The notes beneath the pieces were generated by a model. It was not told the DNA's origin and ran no database searches. It saw only the letters and a program-made list of their open reading frames with translations. The position numbers and the translations under genes were made by a program. 53,318 nt of DNA from Polymyxa betae A26-41 (Eukaryota; Protista; Endomyxa: Phytomyxea): positions 1-53,318 of the forward strand of contig RBZT01000593.1 of the NCBI GenBank assembly GCA_003693705.1. The letters are read 5' to 3'. Shown in pieces: positions 39,500-51,149 of this stretch; the stretch's first letter is position 1; the number at the start of each line of letters is the position of its first letter.

Positions 39500-41658
39500 C
39501 TATAGAGAGTTTAGAAGAGTCCTGAGCGGGCGACAAAAGAACTGACCAAACATTCCTTGGCCGGTCCCGCGAACGCTTTTGTTCTCGGTTAGAACGGGAT
39601 GCGAACTGATTGGGGATTCAGGAGCAGCATGAGGCGGAATAGGAGGGTCGGCAACAGGTTTTAAGACAGCAGGTGCAGCAGGGTCTGAATCATCGGGTTC
39701 TCTTCCAGAGATTGCTTGACAAAATCGTGCAATTGAGCTGGGATCTGCAACTTGCATCGCTGCAAACGCAATACGAAGGTCATCCAGTGCTCTTGCAAGC
39801 TTACCATGAGCTAGACTGCTCATATCTGTGATTACGGGATCGATAATTTTCGCCAAATAATCATCGAAGGCGCCAGTAGAAAGAACGTCAGATGTAGCAA
39901 ATCCAGGCGTCCGGACGCTTGATGTCGAGCTAGCGACCAACGATACCGTCATTTGCCGTTTTTCAGCGTTGTCGAGTGCCTCATCGGTGACATCAAACTT
40001 AGTACCTGGACGAACTCTAATTGTATCGGTTGCTGAGCTCATCGTAAGGCCTCGAACTGTGCCATATTCAAAGCTATCCTCTGCCGAGTATATGAAAGCA
40101 TCATCAGCATCAAAGTGGTCTGTAAACCAACCTATCAGAAGTAGGCAGAACGGCAATTTACCAAGAATTACTAATATTATCGGTGGTGCTTTTTACCCTT
40201 CTGACTGTGCCGAATGGGTCGGCGTTATCATCGTAAGATTCGAATTCAGCTGTAAAACAATTTCAGAATAATAGAATAATCATCAAGGGCACATACAAGC
40301 ATCCGTGGAGATCCCAGGTCGTACTCGAATCGTCCCGGATTTACTTAAATCAATTCCAGAACGGGTGATCATTGTTCCAGAACTCTCACTCGGACCGAAG
40401 CTGTCAGCTGTTCTACGAACACGTATCGTACTTGAACCATCGCCAAAAGGATTGCTTTCATGATCATCTTCGTGATGAATCTGTGAAGAGAGTTGAACAT
40501 TGAACAGGCGGCAAAAATCAGGCGCCTTTACTTCTTCGTCTTTTACATCATCCAAGCCATTGTCTTCAACATCATGTCTGTCTTTGATAGTATTGAACAA
40601 CCATGCATCGCCTGATGGTAACGACTCTCTAAGAGTGCCGAACTTCTGATCATCTTGATCAAGCTGCAGATTAAGGTGAGATCAAAGGAATGATCTCAAT
40701 AGAAAAAATATACCCCAGATGGACGGTCTTGAGAGACTCGTTCCAGTAAGTCAACAAGACAAGAGACTTTCTTGGCATTACGAACGAATTTATGCTTCAA
40801 AAGTTCTTTCGCAGATGGTCTGAATCCATTTTAATCACAACAGTTGTGTATGAGATCTGCATACCTGAGATTTGGTTCCTTTTGGAGGCATTTCTCAACG
40901 AAGTCTTTAAAATGTTTCGAGAAATTCCCTTCAAGTCTGGCAGATTTCTGTTTAGGAATTATAAACAAGACCCTCATCGGGTGAATATTGGCATAGGGAG
41001 GTTCTCCGGTTGCCATCTCAATAGCAGTAATGCCTAACGACCAAATATCTGCCTTTTCATCGTAATCACTCTGTTGGATCACTTCTGGAGCCATCCAAAA
41101 CGGAGTACCTACAAATGTATTACGCTTTCTCATCTGAATACAAATTAGCTAGCCAGATTGGGGAACTCTTAATGAGATGCTTACAGTATTGGACAGTTGT
41201 CCGACAACACCAAAATCAGCAAGTTTAACTTCTCCTTTTGAAGACAGCAGAACATTAGCTGCTTTGATATCGCGGTGGATTTTTCCCCTCTCGTGAAGGT
41301 ATTCTAGACCTTTTAGAATCTCTCGTATAATGATAGCAATGTATGTTTCTTCGAGTGGAGCATGTTCCATTAGATCTAAAATGGAACCACCACCAAGATA
41401 TTCCATAATAATCCATAGTTCATGGTCACTTAAATACGACCCATAGTACTGAGTAATATGTGGAGAATGGCATTGCGATAAAACTGCAATTTCTTGTTGG
41501 ATATCTTCTATTTCATCTTCGGCTGCTTCAAGGTCAATTACCTTAATGGCAACGACACCTTGAGTTTGCCGATCGAGACCCTTATACACATCACCAAACG
41601 ACCCCTTGCCAATCTTATTTAATTTCTGATAGCGGTCGAGACCGGTGAGCTCGGCCAT
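39500..41658 (-). CDS. STE20-family Ser/Thr kinase (GCK-III, MST3/STK24/STK25-like)
   Basis: [72 protein letters not shown]; low-complexity C-terminal exons with repeated TIRVRP. Confidence 0.93.
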
Positions 41659-42001
41659 GTACTCCAATTTTAAATGAATACAATATAATTATAGTCGAGG
41701 TATTTGGTTTGCATATAGATAGATATAGTGAGAGTAGAGATGCCAATAAACTCTTAAACAATGATTGATGCAAGTCAAGGTAGTAGTGACCTCTGTGCTG
41801 CGCAACAAGGGTTGCCTCTCACTATTTTATTTAACAGTAACCTTCTACTGTAACATAATACATTCTGCTATTCATATCTTCATCGCATTCATGCCGAGTT
41901 TAACATCTGTTTTTCCTGATCATAAAACATTCCTGGTGATTCCTGCATATTGAGCTGGCAGCAATGATGCAGATGAGATCTGCTTGCGCATATGTTCAAG
42001 T

Positions 42002-42749
42002 TTATTCATTGAGACGGTAACCTCTTCCAGATGCTCTCCAGCTTCGAGACGATGGCGCCATGCCATCACCGAAAAATCCAGACAGAAACGATGGTGTTTT
42101 GATAACTGTAAAACCATATACTTTTGGAACGATATCTGATGCAAAGTGATAAACATGGCCTGCCAAAATTCCTGCCAAGTCTGGAAATACGGATCCGCCC
42201 ATCAAAACGTGAAAAACCATCAGTACGAATGGAAGCTGCCACATACTGAATCGAAAACCAAAGAAGGCGACTTGTCCATAAGGATCTTTACGGCTCCATA
42301 TATAAATCAACAATGTTACGAGTGATGGGCCTAAGAAATATAATCCTGGCAAAAGTAGGGATAGAATGTACAATGTACAAGTCCCAATAGTCAACAGATA
42401 AATGAAATCAGCCTTGCCACTTGGTCCAGTGAAATAATTGCTTTCCAATATAGACCCATATCTTGACCTAAGGAAATATGTCAGGACACGTGAGAGAAGC
42501 CCAGCAGACAAATATTTACATGATGAAAAGCTGCATGAGCATTCCTAATCCAATAGGTCCCATATAAGTCAAACAAGTAAACAGACGCCATATTTGGCCT
42601 TGAAATACAGCGTCGAAATTTAGAAAAAGATCGGCCGGCGATACAAGATTGAGGGTGGTAGCAGCGGTCGTAGAAAGTGATGCAATCAGAATGGATTTAG
42701 TAACAGGTGGAAGAGAATACCACCATTCTTCAATAGTAGGTGCTGTCAT
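42002..42749 (-). CDS. Derlin (DER1-like ERAD membrane protein)
   Basis: WWYSLPPVTK, GQIWRLFTCL, RYGSILES, ADFIYLL, YIWSRKDP, GILAGHVYHF, C-terminal SHP-like GRGYRL; one intron. Confidence 0.93.
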
Positions 42750-43369
42750 TGTCTGAGATTTAGAGTAATAGACTACACTAACCAGCTGATATTCAACACT
42801 TTCTAAAAACAAACTGCGTTATGTACAGTACCTTCATGTAAGACGCATTTATTTTAATTATTTATTTATTCTGTCAGTATTTCAAGGCTCGCGCAACCAC
42901 CTCCTGTAATCGGAGCTGACCGATGTATCGCTCATACCCGTATTAGGTACTGTACGTAGTCTGGTTTTTAAATTTCATGAACTATTTTCTTATAGTCTTT
43001 AACTGGTAGCTACATTGAAGGTTAACGGTTCGAGATCGCCTGAATCGGCATTTCTGTAAAGTGATCGGGTATAGTAGAGCGCGCTGGGCTGCTACATAGA
43101 AGGCATGGCTCTCTAACTGTAGTCAGTGAATTGTAATCACAACGACAATACCAGATGGAGCAGTAAATAACTGATAGAATTTGCAGTTATCTCCCTAGAT
43201 TATATAGAGGACCCGGACCCAGGTCCCACGCAGTTTTGGGACCCGGTTCAAATAACCAGTATGCATCAAATAAACTGCGCCATTCATTCCTCTTTGGTTA
43301 TATTCTTCTGTAACTGCAACTTGATAATGTTTAACAGCTGTTTTTTTCAGTTAATCATGTATTTCAAAG

Positions 43370-45678
43370 CTAAAGATTTCCAAGGTTTATATTTTTTGAG
43401 AGCCAATCAAGCGATTTTCCTTTCAGGACTCGATCATGTTCCAAAATGGCGGCAGCTGCTAAGCAGTTTCCAGGCGTTTCTCCTCCCTGGATCGTGCGAG
43501 CTTTGCTGAGAACAGCATTGATAATCACTCTTCGGCGATTGAGAAACCTTCTCTCATTTTCCTGGCACCATTTCGTCCCCAATCTTTCTATGAGGTCTTT
43601 CACAGCTGGTCCTCCGGCCAAGCCCTCAGTCCACTCCCTCCATAGGTCGGTAACGGTTCGAATACCACGACTCATCTTATAACAGCTTTGAATAGGTTGT
43701 CCAAATTCAGATGAACGTTCGACTTCGATATTGCTCAATCATGTTCTGCTCCAACTGTATCCGGTCTTGATTCTTCATTAGAGTCCCGGTTGAAATTGGT
43801 ATTTATAGAAATTAAGACTCTACCAGATAGAATATTGTTTAAATGTGTTTGTAATTTTTCAAAGTTTTGTGATATCGGAGCTAATGAACTGGTCATTGCA
43901 GATTTCAGATCCGAGTGAACAGCAGTAATTTTTTCTGACAATGCTGGCATGGCCTTCTGAAGTAGATTTTCGGATGGATCAGAGCTTTCCTCTATCGCCT
44001 GAAGCAGATTATGGGCGTACTGCCTGTAGTTATCTGAAGAAAACAGTGCATGCTGCCAAATTGGATGATTTGGATATTCGGCCCTCAACAGCACGGAATC
44101 TTGCAGAATGACTACTCTGAATCTTTCCATAAGCTCAAGAAATCCTCGGTCCGCGATGGACTCCTGATAGACGCCATCCGACATCTTTCGCAAGATATCG
44201 TCGATGGAAGGAAATTGTTGCAGTGTGAGAGACTGTAGAAGTCGATTCAGTCGTCATCTCAGGCAGCGTTAGCAACAACAACGAAGGGACGAGCTCGGGA
44301 GAGAAACAAAAACTATGTATTTTTTGTATATATATTATTCATAACTTTCAGATCAACGGCTGCCACACATCCGGTGAAATCAGATTTCCTACGAAACTAT
44401 ATTGACAGAAATATCATCTGTTTTAGCTCTCGAGGAGGTTCTAATACAGCTCGTGCCAGAAAGAAGCATCCACGTGTCGGAGCAAATCCGCCCAGCGTCC
44501 TCATCGCCTCTCTCGGAAGGCTCGTCAAATAACAATTCTCCATGGCGTGATTATTCCATCGCCCGAGACGTCGGATTTGGTCCTCCGAAACTCCAGCCAG
44601 CTCCGCCATTCGAGCTCCAGACCCTCTAGCAGCGTGAGTTTTCGCTTTGCAGGATAACCCTATTTCCTTAAACGCTGAGTCGATCGATGTTTTGTGAGCT
44701 TTATAATCTAGGGACTTGATAGGGTCCTTGCCGCTTTTTAAAAACTTGACATTAAACCAACTTTCATTCGAACTGAATAGCCTCGTGCTCAGTATGAAAC
44801 CTCCAAAACATATAAAACGCAGCAGCACCCCAAGGGCATATGCGAACATCCTTGTTTCGAATAAAGGCCCCAAAATCATTTCTGCCAAACTGATTGGTTT
44901 TTCCTTGGCGCAGAACAAACACGAGGGCATAACATTTCGTGAATCCTTCATTTTCCAGCTCCACCGAATGCATATCGGCGAGTTCAAGTTGCCGGACAGA
45001 TTCTCCTCGCAGGAAAGCGTAGTGTGAGATAAAGAAGGCGCCCAAGTTCCTGAGATGCTGACCAGCGTCTCGGTTTTTCTGCCAAAATACTCTGCCAATC
45101 TGGACCAATTGTTCTGAAGTCGTGTATCCGTCTATCAGAGTTCCGATTCCACGATCTACAAAATTTTCACGCCTCTGCTGCTGAGTTTCGTATTCCGAAT
45201 TCTTAAGAAGCCTCTTAACATTGGAATCACGCGGATTCGGATGAGTGTTTATTCTCATCGCTACTTGCTGTTGCCATAGGTCGACAATCGCTGCAGTGTA
45301 ACCGAACACAGTCGATTTTCCGACTTTGATGACTACGCCATTATCAACCCGTTTTCTCTTTGAACTTCGTCCAATAACCTGATCTTCTAGAAAAAGATGC
45401 AGCTTGTCTCCGGTTACAGTATAGCCATCTATAAATCTCTTAGCGCTGCACCATGCTTGAAATTCCAATTGACGAGCAGAATATGTCTTCGTGGTGTTAC
45501 CCGGCCGAATTTCAACACTTCTGGCATGCGTTCGTAGAATTGATTCGTGCATCTCTATGTTCAATAAAGAATGCGACAAAGCAGGGCACGGCATGGCAGG
45601 AGGTTCGGCCGGGACGTCGCCGGGTGGTCCGGCGGCATCGGTCGAAGGTAAGGCGGTAAGGAACGACGGCCGGGACAT
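43370..45678 (-). pseudogene. Crypton tyrosine recombinase-GCR1_C ORF, broken by two frameshifts and a solo LTR
   Basis: Fragments 44764-45678, 44408-44780, 43735-44215, 43370-43738; frame breaks near 44770 and 43737. Confidence 0.85.
44216..44407. mobile_element. Solo LTR (192 bp) inserted in the Crypton ORF
   Basis: Termini TGTTG...TGACA flanked by a GAAAT direct repeat (44211-44215 and 44408-44412); removing it restores the reading QMIF-PSIDDILRKM. Confidence 0.88.
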
Positions 45679-45929
45679 GGCCTTAGAGAAAACAGGATGA
45701 ATTTTTATCAAGTTTATAAGCGCAGATTGTTTATGAGCATGGGTCCGTCGTTCCAAATAACTACAGTTATTTGGATTCGCAACGACCTTTGGTTCCAAAT
45801 AACCTCGATTATCTGCGCAAGTCCGGGACCCAGAGCGGGACCTCGCGGGTCCTCCGATCCTTTTAATTTTTTTTATCAATGACGAGTCTCAGACATGACG
45901 CAGTTTCATTCGTGAAATCCGACGAAGGT

Positions 45930-47850
45930 TTCATCTGCTATTATCACATGATTGATGTTTACTTCTAAGAACTCTTGACGAATGCTCATCGTTACTGTCT
46001 TTGCAGCGTTTATCTAAACTGTGGTTTCGTTTTGCGAAATTTAATCTTTCTTGATTGGAAAACTGTGCTCGCTTCAGAACACGAGATATTCCAGTGTCCC
46101 GGCTAAGGCCCATAACTTTCGGTATGATTGTTACGATTTCAGGGTTTTTACAATTGCTGCTGTTCGGGTTTCGCCAACAGCATGCTACATGATTGCGTCA
46201 TGCAACATTTTGTTTGCTGTTGCATAACCTTTTTCATACCTCTGTCTAAAGAAAATCAACAACGAATTTTTCTGGGTTCGGGAACGCAGTTGGGTGTGCT
46301 GGCTTATTCAAAGATCCGACCTTTGGTAACCTGCAATCAGTGACATTTCTGTAAGCGGTTATTTTGTCATCGCTCCGATTAGCCATTGCGACCGTTGTTT
46401 GAGTTGATAAGCAATTGCCATAACCTGTTACGAATACCGTCTGCACGAATTTCTCCACTTTATGGCTTATGCTCTTTCACATAAGTATTTCATTCCTATG
46501 TCGACACCTTCGAGTTTTAGTCTATACTATACTGTCATACGTACTCTTGAATTGGGGTGGAATTGTGACTAAGCCGTTAAGACTTTTCATGATAGGGATC
46601 CATTTAGAAACATGTTCCTTCTTAAGCCAGTCCTTTATCGTGTCTGTTTCCCATTAGTCACAAAGCCTCGTCTACATCCAATGTCCTCACTTACTAACTA
46701 ACACGCCGAAAACACGACAGGTCAGCTCTCTCTTTCTCTGCTGACCTCCCAATAATCCTTGGAGTAAAGCCAAGATAACAGCAGCATGCTGCGTCCAGGT
46801 TCGTTTTTTGAAGCGTTCTCGTTGTCACTTTTGTTATTTTGACATTTCTGTCTCACATTTGTTTGGGTGTTCTCTTTACAATATCTGTATTACGACATTG
46901 TTAATATGCATCAATTCAATGGCCAAGATTGATACCAAGTTCTTCAATATACATCGGACATTATCAACTGTTTCTTTTGGACACTCAGAATACAAAGATT
47001 TCCGATGTTCTCTTCGAGCAAGCGACTTTATCGACTGCTGTCGTAGGCTGTTCACGACCGGTTCAGCTGGCTTTTGATTTTTCATCCACCAAAGCATCGA
47101 TTCCTTTTCGTCGGCTGATATCAGTCGGCGTGATTTCTTTTTCGGCTGTTCCGATTTCTTTGTGTTTATGGGTGGCCTTACGATCAACAGCTCCATTTTT
47201 GGAAATCAAACTGCTGTGGCGACAATTCTGAACCTGGAATCATTGAACCATTGCTGTTTTCACATGGATTGAGGCAAAGGAAATGGTTGATGTGGGAGAA
47301 GTGCTCATGCTGTATAGGCGTTAATGGTCTCTGGTATTGATTAAGGTACAGGTAGATTACAGGGCAGTTTGTCCCAACATTTTTGAATTCTTCAATCTTT
47401 TGGTGTCTCGATTTCAGGAATTCTGATGCTGTGAATATGCTGACCGGGTTCGCTGTTATAAACACAGTAACATCGACGCTTTCCACAACCCTGCTGTCCA
47501 GATACATATGGATCGAGATCGACGTTTTATTGCCAAAAAAATGAAACGATTCGCTCGGCCAATTCTCTCCCATCAGTTTTGGCATAAACCACGATACGCT
47601 CTTTGAATATTTTCTCGAGTTGGCAATAGGTACAAAATTGATGTTTTGATAGCGATAATGTTCGGAATAGCATTGTCAAAATAACGAATCAAAGAATGGA
47701 ATAAGCAGTTCCCATCTGCCTTAACATTGAAAGGTCGAAAACGCCTCGATTGATAAATAAAAGCCTGCCCGAATAAAGGTTGCTATTTCGCTCATCGAAA
47801 CCGTCATTAATAAGCGTTTCGAATACGAATACAAGATAAAGTCTATTGTC
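45930..47850 (-). pseudogene. Decayed gene or TE relic with OTU-like cysteine-protease motif(s)
   Basis: Minus-strand PFNVKADGNCLFHSL (ADGNCLFHS at 47693-47719), downstream HINHF, and a second degenerate FVTGYGNCLS (46411-46437); many stops and frameshifts. Confidence 0.5.
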
Positions 47851-48220
47851 TATTATTGTTTTATAAAATATTTGAACCGAGACCAACATCGATACTCAAA
47901 ATCGAAAGGACCAGCCAGAGGCTCAACTGGAGGCCGCTTCAAGATGAGGGCGCTCGAATGCACGTCTGGGTGACTGGCTGTTGTGAGGCCATACAAACCC
48001 TTGGGGTGACCTGCATGACCGGATGTTGTGACGTATATGACCTGCAGAGTGCAGATAGCAGACCTGTCAGAGGTGTGCCGTGTGGTAATTAGAAGCACGA
48101 GCAGCCCACCGCACAGTTTTACAGAAAACAATTGTTTGACGTGGATCGAGACTCAGGCACTTCGACATTGGGTTCATAGCAGCCATGCCGACTGGGACTA
48201 GTGATACAGTAATTTTTTTA

Positions 48221-48318
48221 TTAAGACCCTGAAATATTTTCTCAGGGTTTAGGGTGCTAGAGACTTTCAGCGTTCAGGGTCTTATTCTTAGGACTTCAGC
48301 AGCATCTCAGGGTCTTAA
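48221..48318. mobile_element. Small inverted-repeat element (MITE-like or end of a DNA transposon)
   Basis: TTAAGACCCTGA (48221-48232) ... TCAGGGTCTTAA (48307-48318), with internal copies tcagggt (48242) and ttcagggtctta (48273). Confidence 0.5.
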
Positions 48319-50986
48319 CATTATAAAAAAATAGCGGTTTTTATTATTTTTTGAAATGGAAAGTCTTTCTCAAAATCTAACTTCATGAAAATAAAGGTTG
48401 AATTCCTTAATACACTTTCGAGCTCGGTCCGCAGGAACCGCCATATAGGCTCTAGAACCGATATTTTACAGTAACATTCACATCCCGGAGTTTTCTTAGC
48501 AGAAACGTTTCACTGATCCAGTGATCCTACGGGGACTAAAAGACCGTGTTGCTAAAATCTTCGAAAGCACATCAATATAATGATATTTCCTAAGAATCCT
48601 TCAATTTTCAGGTTTATTGCTTCTGAGAAAGTACAGCGGTGTGTGCTAAACGCAGTTTATGAGCTAAAAAGGCCGCGCAATAGCGCAGCGCTTATTTTTC
48701 GGTTTTCCACTCGTGAGGCATTCAATGCGCTATTTTGCTCCTGCGCTTTCTCGTGCGCCAAATTTGGGCGCATCGAATACCGCACGGAATAAACATCCAT
48801 TCATCTCCATTTCTTTCTCCCAGTCTATCTCTCTCCTTTGCCTAGGCCCTTGCTGCAAGCTTAGCTTTGCTGTAAATATTGGAAGTCCCGAGCAGTCCCA
48901 TTTCAGAAGAAGGTATTCGTTTCGTAGCGCTAATATTTTTATTATCTATAAAAGTTCCAGAGATATCCGAAAAACGGGTGCTGAACTGCTTTGCTGAATA
49001 ATTGTTTGGGTTCCCCAATAATCATCCAGTAAAAGTTTTGAATACAAAACTCGTGCCTATTTAGATTCGGGATGCGTTTTTTCCAAGGTCGAATATTGAT
49101 GAAGAGGTCTTCATCGCTGTCGTCAGAGCTTGATGAACCTGAGGAAGCTCCGCCTCACATTCCTGGGCCAACACCATTGCATACTGAGCAAAGAGCGCCA
49201 GCATCTGATGCTGGGGAACTGACATTTTGCAGAATCAGTAATAGCACACAGAATGGACCTGCAAGCACTGCTGGGAGCTTCGAGCCTCCCGCACATTTTC
49301 ATACGCTATTTGGTGCGCTATTGATGTTCTACCTCACGGAATTTAGCACACACCGCTGTACTTGCTCTTTGTTAGAAATATGCCGACCTCCGCTGCAGCC
49401 TGCCCCTGAGACGGGCATCAGGCCCCCCATTTGTCACGTGACGTGTACTGGTCACGTTGACGTTCTGTGACTAATAACGATGGTTTATATATTGACTGGA
49501 AAGAGCGGATAATCATTCCTGACGATGATGAATATCTACGTCTGAGATTAGCGATCATCGCCCATGCTGGTGGAGACAGTGGACACGTTGGAATAACGGA
49601 GAGCTTGAATTTTGTTACAATCTGTTTTCGTTTGGAAGTTAATGAAAAAAGATGTGACAAACATTGCAAGCAACTGTCTACACTGTCTCCAATGTAGAAG
49701 TGGTAGGAGAATTCCACGCCCTCTCGGCGAACAATGTCATGGTGAAAAGGCGAACGAATGTTTAAACTATGATTTTGTATATATGGAAGAGGTTGCAAGA
49801 GATGCTCGGCATGACTTTAAATGGATTTTAGTGATGTTGGATGACTTTACTGGATATATAAAATTAACGCCGTGCTCTGAGCCAACTACCGATGTGGTAG
49901 TCGATGCAATTTTGCAGTGGAGAGCAGACTTTGGAACGCCGAAAAAGCTAGTGAGCGATCAAGGATCGTATTTCAAAAGCAAAGTGGTTGCTGAACTTTG
50001 TAAGCAGACTAACATTTCGCTAGACTTTGTTGTCTCATATGTACACTACCCGAATGGAACGGTGGAAGTGATGAACAGACATATACAAGATTTGTTAAAA
50101 TCTTTAATCTCTGAATTAAGATGTGATACCTCGCATTGGCCTTAACTGGTCGTTCATGTGCAGCATACATTGAACCACAGAAGCCAGGCCAGGTTAGGAA
50201 ACCGTGCTCCGGTTGAGTTGAAAACTGGACAGCCTCCTGATAATCCCTTGCAGGATGTGATTCGTATGCATGTGGCTGACTCGATGCCAGTCGCGCCGCC
50301 GTCGACCGCCGAGATAGAACAGCACTATGATCGTTTGATCAAAGTGCTGGCTGAATTTCATAAACCTGCGAACGTGCTTACTAGCAATGAAAGAAATAAA
50401 AAACGGCAAAAATCGACAAAAAATCGCATGATAAATCTGGAAGTGGGGGAGTATGCACTCGTAGCAGTACCGGATCCAAACAGAGCGCCTGGCGGCAATC
50501 TGAGACACAAGTGGCGTGGACCGTTCAAAGTAACGCGTGCTATCAGCCCCTGGGTCTACGAAGTCGAGGACATTGTCAGTTTAAAAGCGAGTAACATTCA
50601 CATCGAGAGACGAAGATTGTATGTTGATAAGCAATTGAATGTCGATGTTGATATAAAATCACAGTATTGTTTTGACAATGTAAAATATGAGATTGAGGAA
50701 TTCCTGGATGTTCGAAGGAACAAGCAGACGGGTGGATTTGAACTGCTAACGAGCTGGAAAGGTTTTGAAAATGATCAGAACAGTTGGGAGACGATTGGTA
50801 ACCTATAGATCGATGTGCCTGGGCTTGTAAAGAGATTCAAACCGAAAACAAGACACAGGCTAAAGAAGGAATGGGAAATGTTTATTTCTGTTCAACGCCA
50901 GCGTTGAGTATACCTTCCTCCAGTTTTTGTCCCACGATGTTTTTCTGGGGGTTTACTGGTGCTCACGCTAGGTCGAGGTTTTTCTT

Positions 50987-50997
50987 GGAGAGGGGAG
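50987..50997 (+). other. Polypurine tract
   Basis: GGAGAGGGGAG immediately followed by TGT at the LTR start. Confidence 0.8.
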
Positions 50998-51118
50998 TGT
51001 GGTGATCTGGTTAGCGCAGCCCACCTACGCTACTTTCCACCGTACGCATTTAATACAGACTCATTCTATTTTATTGTCTCCATCTGTGATCGACTGTCTC
51101 GTACCTCAGATCGGCACA
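50998..51118 (+). repeat. Putative 3' LTR (121 bp)
   Basis: Starts TGTGGTGATCTG after the PPT and ends CAGATCGGCACA; the termini form a 10/12 inverted repeat. Confidence 0.65.
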
Positions 51119-51149
51119 CACAGAGGTCGATGGTTTCGGATTATTCAGT

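Larger units (their letters stand above)
43165..45855 (-). mobile_element. Crypton (CryptonF-type tyrosine-recombinase DNA transposon with GCR1_C domain), inactivated
   Basis: YR/Ndc10-like motifs HYAFLRGESVRQLELAD, GKTNQFGR...RNKDVRICPWGA, KTHAARGSGA, LGRWN...ENCYL; RVVILQDS; C-terminal YKMSRGIRTVTDLWREWTEGL..GPAV..L...G.KW (GCR1_C). Boundaries inferred from terminal motifs. Confidence 0.88.
49465..51118 (+). mobile_element. 5'-truncated Ty3/Gypsy chromodomain LTR retrotransposon (integrase, chromodomain, PPT, 3' LTR)
   Basis: Zn-finger AHAGGDSGHVG...CLHC; rve DFVYM, DDFTGY, SDQGSYF, NGTVEVMNR; KWRGPFKV; chromodomain YEIEEFLDVR...LTSWKGFENDQNSWE; frameshift and premature stops. Confidence 0.92.

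Noticed and set aside
1346-41953. Numerous short antisense or alternative-frame ORFs overlapping identified genes
   Set aside because: Shadow ORFs of real exons with no independent motifs.
44397-45879. ORF-track N-termini of 44397..45098 and 44764..45879 as separate proteins
   Set aside because: They are out-of-frame or upstream read-through of the single frameshifted Crypton ORF (likely ATG at 45678).
48150-48202. CTAG-T resembling a Helitron 3' end
   Set aside because: No convincing GC-rich hairpin upstream, and the orientation is opposite to the OTU relic.
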